Source: Candidatus Falkowbacteria bacterium (GTDB lineage Bacteria; Patescibacteriota; Patescibacteriia; UBA11705). Taken from it: a stretch of DNA of 64,000 nt. The translations under genes were made by a program, and so were the position numbers. The notes under the pieces were generated by a model. That model had not been told where the DNA came from, did no database searches, and was given only the letters and a program-made list of their open reading frames with translations. The stretch spans positions 1,319 through 65,318 of the forward strand of contig DOZJ01000005.1 of NCBI GenBank assembly GCA_003518055.1. Reading direction: 5' to 3'. Shown here piece after piece: positions 1-7,836 of the stretch; within the stretch, counting starts at the first letter, position 1, and every line of letters starts with the position of its first letter.

Positions 1-3000
1 GGCCAAAAGGGTCATAATATGTATATGAATCCGCGTAATCATTGCTGCCAAAATATTGGCGCTCACGAACAACCCTCGGATTAGCCGCATCATCATAACT
101 GTATTCCGTCGACGCCAAATACATGAATGTCTGCTCCGCCGAACTCCGCGACAGCGACAAAATTCGCCCGAGACCATCGTACTCGGCGTAAGTAATCGTA
201 CCGGCCGGATCACCGATAAATGTTGCTTGACCGAAAAAGTAATCATAGCGGAAACGATTTGAATGACCCATCCCATCCAAAATCTCAAACGGCATCAAAT
301 TGTATTCATCATAACTAATGGTCGTCACCGCCCCCGCCGGATCAGTTTCCGTCATCACCATTCCAACTTCGTTATACGTCCTAACTGTACTCGCTGTATT
401 TACTGTACTCGCTTGCCCACCGAAGTCTTGACGTAGGTGGGCTGTTACCTCTTCTCTCGTCACATTGCCGCTACTCACCTGTCCAAACAACAAATTATCA
501 TAATAATATTGCACTCTGCCTTCGAGTTCATTTTTATAATTATACCGCGCGCTTTCAGCCGTTAAACCAACAACATATCCTCCATCTGACGCGTATTGAT
601 AAATTTCATGATAACGATCATCGCCTATGTCTTGGACAACATACGTGCTGCCAAACGCAACTTCGCCGAAATTATCCCGCCGGCTTAAATTCAGCGTATC
701 TTTGTCATACTCCAATCTCTCAGCCGTGGTTCTCGCCGTCACTCCGCCGTCATAAGTATCAGTTAAACTCGTCTGAATCCGCACAAATTTTTGGCCGTTG
801 GGCAAATCACCCTGCTGCCAATCAACTCTCGATCCGGTCGTCAAACCACCGGCCGCGTTTCTACTTTCTGTGCGGTAAACACGATTGGCCAGATCAATAT
901 CATCTTCATCTTCGCCTGAAGCTGTTTGCGCGCCATTACCCTGATGAAAATAACTACTGACTTGATTGCCAACATTGTCAATCGCGGTTATTTTGGCAAA
1001 ACCGGCAAATTGCCGCTCCCTCGGTTCAGCCGTGTAATAACTTCCGCCTTCATATTGATAATTAACCGTTATTTTCTCGCCAAATCCCGGATCTCGCTCG
1101 ATCCGCGTCACCACCTGCAAACTCAAAGGCAGCTCCGGATTCAACCGCTGCCCACCATCGGCCTCCGATGTCGGTGTCGCTGAATATTCAATTGCAATAA
1201 TTTCACCGGTAGCGGTTCTGACCCCGATCAAAGCGTTATGCGCTGAAGTATTCAAATACACATGATCACGCGCCCGGTCACTGCCCTCGGCTCGAATCAA
1301 ATCCACTCGACCATCGCCGTTGATGTCAGCACTTTGCAGGGCCGTGTCGCCGTCAGAATACTGTTCAACAATCGGAACCGTCATCTGCGGCGCGTATTCC
1401 CATGATTTTGTCGCCGGATTTAATAGAAAAACTTTTCTCTCACCGGCATAAGCCTCAATGATATCGTCAAATCCGTCGCCGTTGACATCCGCGATCTGCA
1501 TGCCGAGATCAACATTGGTCGCCGCGGAAATAAAACCAACCGGCAGATTATACTCCGTTGTCTGGACAAATCCCCGGCCAGTGTTGAGATAAAACTCGCG
1601 CTGAATCTGCGTATGCACCCCCGGAATACCCTCGGCATGGACCAAATCCGGCAGACTGTCGCCGTTTATATCCATAAATCTGACGCCTCGATCCAGCGAA
1701 TCGCCGTTGCCGTTCAATGCAATCAGAAGACTCCATCCAGCCGCCAATTCAAACCCCGTGCCGTCAGCTTTGTTAATAAAAACCTGATTTATGTTCGGAT
1801 CGCGTCTTATAATATCCTGAAATCCATCGCCATTAATATCCACCACCCTGAGCAGCTTATCAGCACCGTTAAAACTGGGCGGTATCGGTAATATATAATT
1901 CACATCCAGCGTCCAATTTTGACCATCAAAAATATAAACTTGGCGCTCAGCACCAAAAACCCGAACCAAATCTTGTTTGGTATCACCATTGACATCAATC
2001 AAATGAACACCCAAACCGGATTGTGAATTGGCGCTGACAAAACCCACCGGTGCGTGATAACCAGTACCGGCTGTCCAGCCGCCATGACCGTCATTAAGAT
2101 AAAATTCACGAATTACGCCGCTCGCGTCACCGTCATTTCCCTGCAGGCGCATGACATCAGTCAAACCGTCTCCGTTCAAATCAAGCAGCCTCACACCCTG
2201 ATCGCTTGCGTATGGGCTGTTATTAGCCACAAACGCCGCCGGGAACTGCCAAGCTTCAGCCTCCACAAAACCGGTTGACTCCGCCGCGTAGGTGAATTGC
2301 GTTTCCGGCAACGTCACCGCCCCACCGCGGCTATCGTAGTGGATTTCCGTCATCCCGACCAGATTGGTCCGCGCGCCGGCTTCATAATTCAAACCGTATC
2401 GCTTCATCACCTGATTTTGGAATTTAGTGTCCACGGTCAAAAGCCTTCGGCCATGAGTCACGCTAAAACCCGAACTATAACTGACTGTCGCGTCTGGCCG
2501 CTGTTCATACGCAAAATTGATAGTATAGATTCCCTCGTTATTTTCATCACCGCCGTAAACGATCCGGCTCAAATAAACATTATTATTTTCTTTATCGTAA
2601 AAATATTGAATTGAATTTGTATTTAAATCTGTCATTTCCGTTATATACCACGCAAAAATTTCCGCCTGATTATCCGGATTGGATAGCCGCGCTGTTTCCT
2701 GATTACCAAGATAATATGTCAGCCCGGTTTTGGTTTTAATCGTCCAACCGCTCGCGTCATAAAGATAAACCAACTTAGCGCCGGTCTCGATTTTTCCGCC
2801 GTAGACACCAAAACCTTGATCATCAACTTCGAGCGCCATCAGCTCACCCGACAAAGACGAGGTGAAAACCGACTGATTATATAATTGATCCACGCCAAAC
2901 TTATTTAATCGCTGTATGGACAGCGTCGACATCTGCCAGCCGGCGCCAAGTATGCCATCAGCCTGATTTTGACTGTTGTATTGAAAAGACATTTCCGGCG

Positions 3001-3490
3001 TCAACCCCAATCTGCCTGCCGGAACTATAATCGGAAAAGAATAATTCAATGCGCCGGTCTGCTGGTCGGCGTTCACCGAATAATCCGCACCCACACTTTT
3101 TGTGTTGTCATTGTAAACCGCTACCTCCGGCATCGACACCGATTTATTTGTCCCGCCGCCACCACCGGCATCAGTTTCCACCGCGTCATTGGCACCAAGA
3201 TCATTCTCGACCGCGCTATTATCAGCCGGCAAATCCTCTTTGCCCCCGGCCTGATCATCAGCCTCCGTCAGCCCCTCCGGCCGCGCCGTTTCAGTCGCGA
3301 ATGGCGGACTGATCTCCGCCGGCACCGTGTCTGTTTCCGCTATCCCAACATTTTTTTCTGTCGCCGCCTCAACCGCCACCGTTTCACCACCATCAACCTC
3401 CGCCGCCGCCACCACCTGCCCCGGTAGCGGTCCCACGATCATCACCGTCAACAAAATCGCTATTACCACTCTAAACATTTTAATTTTCAT
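1..3490 (-). CDS. Large secreted FG-GAP (integrin-alpha/VCBS-like beta-propeller) repeat protein; 3' part of gene lies beyond window start
   Basis: ATG at 3490 gives MKIKMFRVVIAILLTVMIVGPLPG signal peptide. No stop in this minus frame down to position 1. Repeated D-x-N-G-D-G motifs, e.g. ADINGDGRVDLI from the revcomp of 1286-1330, in frame with the 3490 start. Confidence 0.7.
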   Translation of the reverse strand, partial: MKIKMFRVVIAILLTVMIVGPLPGQVVAAAEVDGGETVAVEAATEKNVGIAETDTVPAEISPPFATETARPEGLTEADDQAGGKEDLPADNSAVENDLGANDAVETDAGGGGGTNKSVSMPEVAVYNDNTKSVGADYSVNADQQTGALNYSFPIIVPAGRLGLTPEMSFQYNSQNQADGILGAGWQMSTLSIQRLNKFGVDQLYNQSVFTSSLSGELMALEVDDQGFGVYGGKIETGAKLVYLYDASGWTIKTKTGLTYYLGNQETARLSNPDNQAEIFAWYITEMTDLNTNSIQYFYDKENNNVYLSRIVYGGDENNEGIYTINFAYEQRPDATVSYSSGFSVTHGRRLLTVDTKFQNQVMKRYGLNYEAGARTNLVGMTEIHYDSRGGAVTLPETQFTYAAESTGFVEAEAWQFPAAFVANNSPYASDQGVRLLDLNGDGLTDVMRLQGNDGDASGVIREFYLNDGHGGWTAGTGYHAPVGFVSANSQSGLGVHLIDVNGDTKQDLVRVFGAERQVYIFDGQNWTLDVNYILPIPPSFNGADKLLRVVDINGDGFQDIIRRDPNINQVFINKADGTGFELAAGWSLLIALNGNGDSLDRGVRFMDINGDSLPDLVHAEGIPGVHTQIQREFYLNTGRGFVQTTEYNLPVGFISAATNVDLGMQIADVNGDGFDDIIEAYAGERKVFLLNPATKSWEYAPQMTVPIVEQYSDGDTALQSADINGDGRVDLIRAEGSDRARDHVYLNTSAHNALIGVRTATGEIIAIEYSATPTSEADGGQRLNPELPLSLQVVTRIERDPGFGEKITVNYQYEGGSYYTAEPRERQFAGFAKITAIDNVGNQVSSYFHQGNGAQTASGEDEDDIDLANRVYRTESRNAAGGLTTGSRVDWQQGDLPNGQKFVRIQTSLTDTYDGGVTARTTAERLEYDKDTLNLSRRDNFGEVAFGSTYVVQDIGDDRYHEIYQYASDGGYVVGLTAESARYNYKNELEGRVQYYYDNLLFGQVSSGNVTREEVTAHLRQDFGGQASTVNTASTVRTYNEVGMVMTETDPAGAVTTISYDEYNLMPFEILDGMGHSNRFRYDYFFGQATFIGDPAGTITYAEYDGLGRILSLSRSSAEQTFMYLASTEYSYDDAANPRVVRERQYFGSNDYADSYTYYDPFG

Positions 3491-3550
3491 AATATTTAAC
3501 AGTTTAATAATTTATTTATTAAGCCATACTTTTGTAGTTAAAGTTACACC

Positions 3551-3648
3551 CTCTTTACTCTTCGCTCTTTACTCTTCGCTTTTTACTCTTCGCTCTTTAC
3601 TCTTCGCTTTTTACTCTTCGCTCTTTACTCTTTACTCTTTACTTCCTC
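3551..3648. repeat. About 7 tandem copies of a 14-bp unit (CTCTTTACTCTTCG alternating with CTTTTTACTCTTCG)
   Basis: Read directly in the intergenic region upstream of the FG-GAP gene. The plus-strand ORF 3327..3713 is just a translation of this repeat. Confidence 0.85.
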
Positions 3649-4070
3649 CGTTACAGTTACCCCGCCATACTTCAATAGTTATAGTTGTTTTGTCAAACTT
3701 TTATAAAAACTAACTTGTGACCGCCAAAATTTTGTAGTTCCAGTTACCCCGCCAAACTTTTGTAGTTCCTGTTAAACAAAAATGAGCCCGCAATTCGGCT
3801 CAAATCATCACCCAAAATCCTTTTGGCTGTTTGTACAAATATTGATTGAATGTTTTATCAACACCACTCATATTGTCATGGGTAATTTCTCTAGTATTAT
3901 AACAGATCATCATAGCAAATCCAGTCTAAAATGTCAACCACAGCCGACAGAACCATCATTTAAACCCCCATTTTAAGGCAAAAAGCCTGTTGTAAACCAC
4001 TGACAAAACTTATGGTGAATAAAATTCAGTTATGCAAATAAAAAAGATTACCATTATTAGTAATCTCTAA

Positions 4071-4520
4071 TTACAACTCAATCGCGGGTGATTGCTGCCA
4101 CTGAGCGTTGAACTGATCAGCCAAACCATCCACGACCGTTCTGTCATCAATCGTCCAGCACTGATCACCATCCCTCACCACCACCACGTCATCGAGAATC
4201 ACGATTTCAGAAAATGCCGCCCCAACATGATTAAACGCTGCCTGATCAAGCAATTGCTTGCGGAATTCGTAATCAAACAGATCACTACCACTCAACAGGC
4301 TGGTATCAACTTCATCGCTGTCGCTGAGACACAGAATATTCATCTTTTGCACTTTCAGGGCCAGCTGCGCCCGATACTCCAGCTTCGATTTCCGTGAATC
4401 ATCATCATCGTGTTTCTTATCAACCGAAATCCTTGTCATGTCCACAACATTGAAAAATCGTTGGATCCGATCACGAGAAAGGATATGTTCTCGCGCCTGT
4501 TTCAGATTAAGCATCGGCAT
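4071..4520 (-). CDS. Hypothetical acidic protein (149 aa)
   Basis: Complete ORF with no recognisable motifs. Flanked by roughly 45-bp direct repeats. Confidence 0.5.
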   Translation of the reverse strand: MPMLNLKQAREHILSRDRIQRFFNVVDMTRISVDKKHDDDDSRKSKLEYRAQLALKVQKMNILCLSDSDEVDTSLLSGSDLFDYEFRKQLLDQAAFNHVGAAFSEIVILDDVVVVRDGDQCWTIDDRTVVDGLADQFNAQWQQSPAIEL

Positions 4521-4861
4521 CTTCCGTTGCCCGCATTGAATGCAGGCTATTCGTACCAGTTATCTGACGGACACCGTACCCATGGACACCTTGTCTGTCG
4601 CACCGGCCATGAAACGTTTCGATAGCCACCTCACTCCTCTCGGAAATCACCGAGAATATAAGCCTCCTTTATTTCATGAACAAATTATCATAACACACAA
4701 TTTTTTATTTGTCAATTGTATATCCCACCCCACCATCAAAACTACTATTTTAAGGCAAAAAAACCTGTTGAGCGTCTTCAACAAAATCATCGTAGCGGCC
4801 TTTTAATTTTCCTTGTTTATTCTTATCTTATATTTAATCAAAATTCCTGCTATCATAAATT

Positions 4862-5275
4862 ATGAATTATAAACTTAAATCAAATATGAAAATTGTTATT
4901 TGCGCCAGCAGTAAATTTATCGATGAAATTAATTTTTGGAAACAAAAACTTGTAAATGATGGTCACGTTGTAATTAAATATCCTGAAAAAATTGAAGGTG
5001 ATTTTCTCACCGGATATCAAAAAGAGTTCACGGATCATTATAAAAGAATCACTGAATGTGACGCGCTTTTCATCCTCAATATTAAAAAAAATAATATAGA
5101 AGGATATATCGGGCCTGGAGTTTATGCGGAAATTGCCTTTGCCGTCGGTCTCAAACGGTCTCAAAACAAACAAATTAAAATTATTTGCGTTAATCCCACC
5201 CCCAACAACCTACCACATTCTGAAGAACTAAAATTCTGGGAGAGCCTCGGCTGGATTGAAATTAAACCGCGATAA
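4862..5275 (+). CDS. Nucleoside 2-deoxyribosyltransferase-like (LOG/SLOG-type Rossmann fold) protein
   Basis: Pattern MKIVICASS ... CDALFILN ... GYIGPGVYAEIAFAVGL resembles the NDT/PF05014-like family, with a conserved Glu in AEIA. AT-rich. Intrinsic terminator follows at 5283-5312. Confidence 0.5.
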   Translation: MNYKLKSNMKIVICASSKFIDEINFWKQKLVNDGHVVIKYPEKIEGDFLTGYQKEFTDHYKRITECDALFILNIKKNNIEGYIGPGVYAEIAFAVGLKRSQNKQIKIICVNPTPNNLPHSEELKFWESLGWIEIKPR

Positions 5276-5282
5276 AAAATAT

Positions 5283-5312
5283 AAAATCGCTGAATTCAGC
5301 GATTTTTTTATG
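5283..5312 (+). terminator. Rho-independent terminator (AAAATCGCTGAA/TTCAGCGATTTT palindrome plus T-run)
   Basis: Perfect inverted repeat followed by TTTTTTT immediately after the stop of 4862..5275. Confidence 0.7.
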
Positions 5313-5551
5313 GCCACAAATTTTCTACAAATGCTCTTAACAACTCATAAGATCTATTCATCATTTCAAAATCATCCACACGTCCCCACCAATGATTTGA
5401 ATTGTGATGAATATGACATCTACTGTAATCTTCATCTATATACCATTTTCTCAACACAAATTTTTCTGGGTTTTGATAATTTGAACAAATTTATTTATAA
5501 TCAAGACAAAAATATTACACTTAAATAAACTATTCACATATTAAGCAAAGT

Positions 5552-5590
5552 TGACAACACCCCTCTATTTGCTAAGATATAATTCGAAAA
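5552..5590 (+). promoter_or_regulatory. Sigma70-like promoter (TTGACA - 16 nt - TAAGAT/TATAAT region) upstream of the small ORF 5628..5777
   Basis: TTGACAacacccctctatttgcTAAGATATAAT read directly, about 40 nt upstream of a GGAGG RBS. Confidence 0.4.
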
Positions 5591-5627
5591 GACCTTTTGA
5601 ACCAACTCGTCACAATGGAGGTGTCAG

Positions 5628-5777
5628 ATGAATCTGGATCCTACCGGACGCAACCTAATACCCGGCTGTTATTGTTCAATCAATCCAAATAATGACCACA
5701 AAAACTGTATAAAGGCTAAAATAGATATGTACAAAAAATCACCAAAATCATCCTCTGGCCATTTCGCAAACTCATAA
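5628..5777 (+). CDS. Small Cys-containing peptide ORF (49 aa: MNLDPTGRNLIPGCYCSINPNNDHKNCIKAKIDMYKKSPKSSSGHFANS)
   Basis: GGAGG at 5617-5621 with a 6-nt spacer to the ATG at 5628. Promoter-like hexamers upstream and a stem-loop plus T-run downstream. Below the 60-aa cutoff of the ORF track. Sits next to the rSAM/SPASM and methyltransferase genes. Confidence 0.4.
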   Translation: MNLDPTGRNLIPGCYCSINPNNDHKNCIKAKIDMYKKSPKSSSGHFANS

Positions 5778-5784
5778 ATTCAAT

Positions 5785-5822
5785 TAAACGCTGGTAATAC
5801 CTAGCGTTTTTTATTTTTGAGC
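5785..5822. terminator. Bidirectional stem-loop terminator between the convergent small ORF and the methyltransferase gene
   Basis: AACGCTGGtaatacCTAGCGTT followed by TTTTTATTTTT on the plus strand; A-rich on the other side. Confidence 0.5.
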
Positions 5823-6275
5823 AGAAGCTTCTAACACCCTATGCCAATGATTATGACCTTCCTCATCATCAAAAACATCAAAAACTCTAAAAACAATGTT
5901 ACGAAACCCCTCTTTATGCAATAATTTTGACAATAAATCACCAGTAAACTTTGAAGAACTATTCAAATCAGACAAATCAAAAGTCTGAATAAAAAACCAT
6001 CCGTCTTTTTTTAAATTTTCAAACGCAGTCTTTACAAATTCAGTCTGATTTTTTATCTTATGTATCACAAAATTTGAATATACCAAATCAAAGGGTCTCT
6101 TTTTAGATAAATAAAATTTTTCTAAATTCACTCCCATTTTCAAATCAACCCCTTCGACCTCCCATCCCATTTTTTTTAAACCATTTACATCTACTAATTC
6201 CCCCGCCCCTAAATCAAGAGCCCTCTTTGGGATTGAATAATTATCAAGAACAAACATCTTTAATCTTTTATTCAT
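5811..6275 (-). CDS. Small class I SAM-dependent methyltransferase
   Basis: Motif I LDLGAGEL(VD). The ORF-track ORF 5811..6335 begins at a TTG overlapping the rSAM 3' end; the first ATG in frame is at 6275 (MNKRLKMFVLDNY...). Confidence 0.6.
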   Translation of the reverse strand: MNKRLKMFVLDNYSIPKRALDLGAGELVDVNGLKKMGWEVEGVDLKMGVNLEKFYLSKKRPFDLVYSNFVIHKIKNQTEFVKTAFENLKKDGWFFIQTFDLSDLNSSSKFTGDLLSKLLHKEGFRNIVFRVFDVFDDEEGHNHWHRVLEASAQK

Positions 6276-6283
6276 ATAAACTG

Positions 6284-6317
6284 AATTAAAATTATAAAAA
6301 ACCGTAAAATTACGGTT
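6284..6317 (-). terminator. Stem-loop (AAACCGTA-ATTT-TACGGTTT) plus U-run directly after the rSAM stop codon
   Basis: 8-bp perfect stem overlapping the stop at 6317-6319, followed in minus sense by TTTTATAATTTT. Confidence 0.5.
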
Positions 6318-7402
6318 TACTTGTTTAAGAAACAATGAGGGTCTTCAGCCAAATAATCACCATTTTGGATATGTGCTCGAGCTCGACATCCACCACACTG
6401 ATACTTCAAGCCACATGAACCGCATTTCCCAGATAAATTCATCCCCAACATCTCTTTAACAATTCTATTTTTTTTGTATTCCTCAATCATTTCATCTATA
6501 GTCATTGAAAAAGTATTCATCATAGGAATATTCAATAAAGCACATGGGGTCATGGTTCCATCAGAATTAACATTAAAAGTGATTGCTGCCGCTCCACACC
6601 CATCAAAAACCAACTCGTCCTCTCTTCCCAGATCAGAAACACCTCGTAAAATACATTTTAGGGGGTCATTAGTTGTTACATTTACATCTGGAAAAATATT
6701 CTTCAACCTATAAACTTCTTCTAAAAAATCTTTCTTTTGTTCCCAAGTCATCCACAGATCAATACGATCAATTGCTCTGCCTGCAGGATGTATCGCTGAG
6801 AAACTTACTCTTTTACATCCCAAATCGACCGCAAACCTAACCATACTTTCCATTTCATCAATCTGATTTGGTCTTATTGTTGATCTCATAGATGGAACAA
6901 TAGCGTCATCATTAGCCCCCGCAGCTAGTCTCAAAGCTTTCACCGCGGAATCAAAGGCTCCTGTACTACATCTAAATGCGTCGTGCTTTTCCTGATCCAA
7001 ATCATCAAGACTGATAGATAATACGAATCTGGAAAAAGATAATTTTTTGATCAAATTGATGTGTCTCTCTCTTAAAAAAGTTCCATTCGTGGTTAATGTA
7101 ACATACTCGCCACCATTACCTCTTACTGCTGTCAAAACATCATCAAACTCAGAATGCAACAAAGGTTCTCCTCCAGACAGTACAATCTCTTTATAATTTG
7201 GACTGAACATTCGAGCAAACTCAATTATTTTTAGAATTTGTTCTAAAGGCATATCTCGTTTTAACTGGTGAGAAGCCCTACAATGCTTACAGTTCATATT
7301 ACATCTACCAGTAATTTCCACCTGGATTTGTCCAAACTCAATTTCATAAATAGCATCTTCAGTTTCTACCTCCAACCTGGGTTTTGCACTTTTACATTCC
7401 AT
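6317..7402 (-). CDS. Radical SAM / SPASM-domain peptide-modifying-type enzyme
   Basis: CNMNCKHC (CxxxCxxC) and the GGEPLL motif. C-terminal Cys-rich SPASM region (C...GKCGSCGLKYQCGGCRARAH). Two in-frame ATGs at 7414 and 7402; the latter has a GGAGGG RBS 4-5 nt upstream. Confidence 0.85.
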   Translation of the reverse strand: MECKSAKPRLEVETEDAIYEIEFGQIQVEITGRCNMNCKHCRASHQLKRDMPLEQILKIIEFARMFSPNYKEIVLSGGEPLLHSEFDDVLTAVRGNGGEYVTLTTNGTFLRERHINLIKKLSFSRFVLSISLDDLDQEKHDAFRCSTGAFDSAVKALRLAAGANDDAIVPSMRSTIRPNQIDEMESMVRFAVDLGCKRVSFSAIHPAGRAIDRIDLWMTWEQKKDFLEEVYRLKNIFPDVNVTTNDPLKCILRGVSDLGREDELVFDGCGAAAITFNVNSDGTMTPCALLNIPMMNTFSMTIDEMIEEYKKNRIVKEMLGMNLSGKCGSCGLKYQCGGCRARAHIQNGDYLAEDPHCFLNK

Positions 7403-7437
7403 TGGTCCCTCCATTTTAAAAGGGGAAAATCACTGAT

Positions 7438-7461
7438 TCTCCCCGTCTGATTGTGACCACG
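7438..7461 (-). promoter_or_regulatory. Two short hairpins between the precursor-like peptide ORF and the rSAM gene (possible attenuator or processing structure)
   Basis: In mRNA sense, TTGTGAC-tgacagacgtg-GTCACAA overlaps the peptide stop codon. It is followed by GGGGAG-aatcagtga-TTCCCC and then TTTTAAAA. Confidence 0.35.
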
Positions 7462-7465
7462 TCTG

Positions 7466-7531
7466 TCAGTCACAAATGCTGCAGCTTCCCTTGCCGATTC
7501 TGACCTTGATACGCTTCTTCTTGGGAGACAT
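7466..7531 (-). CDS. 21-aa Cys-containing peptide (MSPKKKRIKVRIGKGSCSICD); candidate RiPP precursor for the adjacent rSAM/SPASM enzyme
   Basis: AAGGAGG 7 nt upstream of the ATG at 7531; stop TGA at 7466-7468. Same strand and 64 nt upstream of the rSAM start. Confidence 0.45.
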   Translation of the reverse strand: MSPKKKRIKVRIGKGSCSICD

Positions 7532-7836
7532 CTTACATCCTCCTTACCTGCCTAATTCAATAGTTACAATTTTGATTGTGGCGCTAATATAGCACCTTCG
7601 TCAAGCTGTAACTTTGAATTTAGGACTTTGGGCTGAATTTAAAGAGCATCTAATTAAAGGATATCAGAACAATCGTATCTGTCAAGCGCTCGTTAAGGTA
7701 TGCCCCATATTCTGTATTGGGCTTGTTGCTTTGTTTATTCAAATATAACAATTTAAGACAAATTTGACAAAATAACATACTCTATATAACATACTCTACA
7801 ACAATCAGTTCCTTGAAAAACGAAGGATGGGCACCC

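Noticed and set aside
3327-3713. 128-aa plus-strand ORF (…LFTLRSLLFAFYSSLFTLYSLL…)
   Set aside because: - It is simply the translation of the 14-bp tandem repeat, giving periodic low-complexity protein.
- It overlaps the upstream regulatory region of the FG-GAP gene.
4540-4806. 88-aa plus-strand ORF 4540..4806 and other short ORFs between 3490 and 4860
   Set aside because: They have no RBS, they lie in a repeat- and motif-rich intergenic region, and they are not supported by composition.
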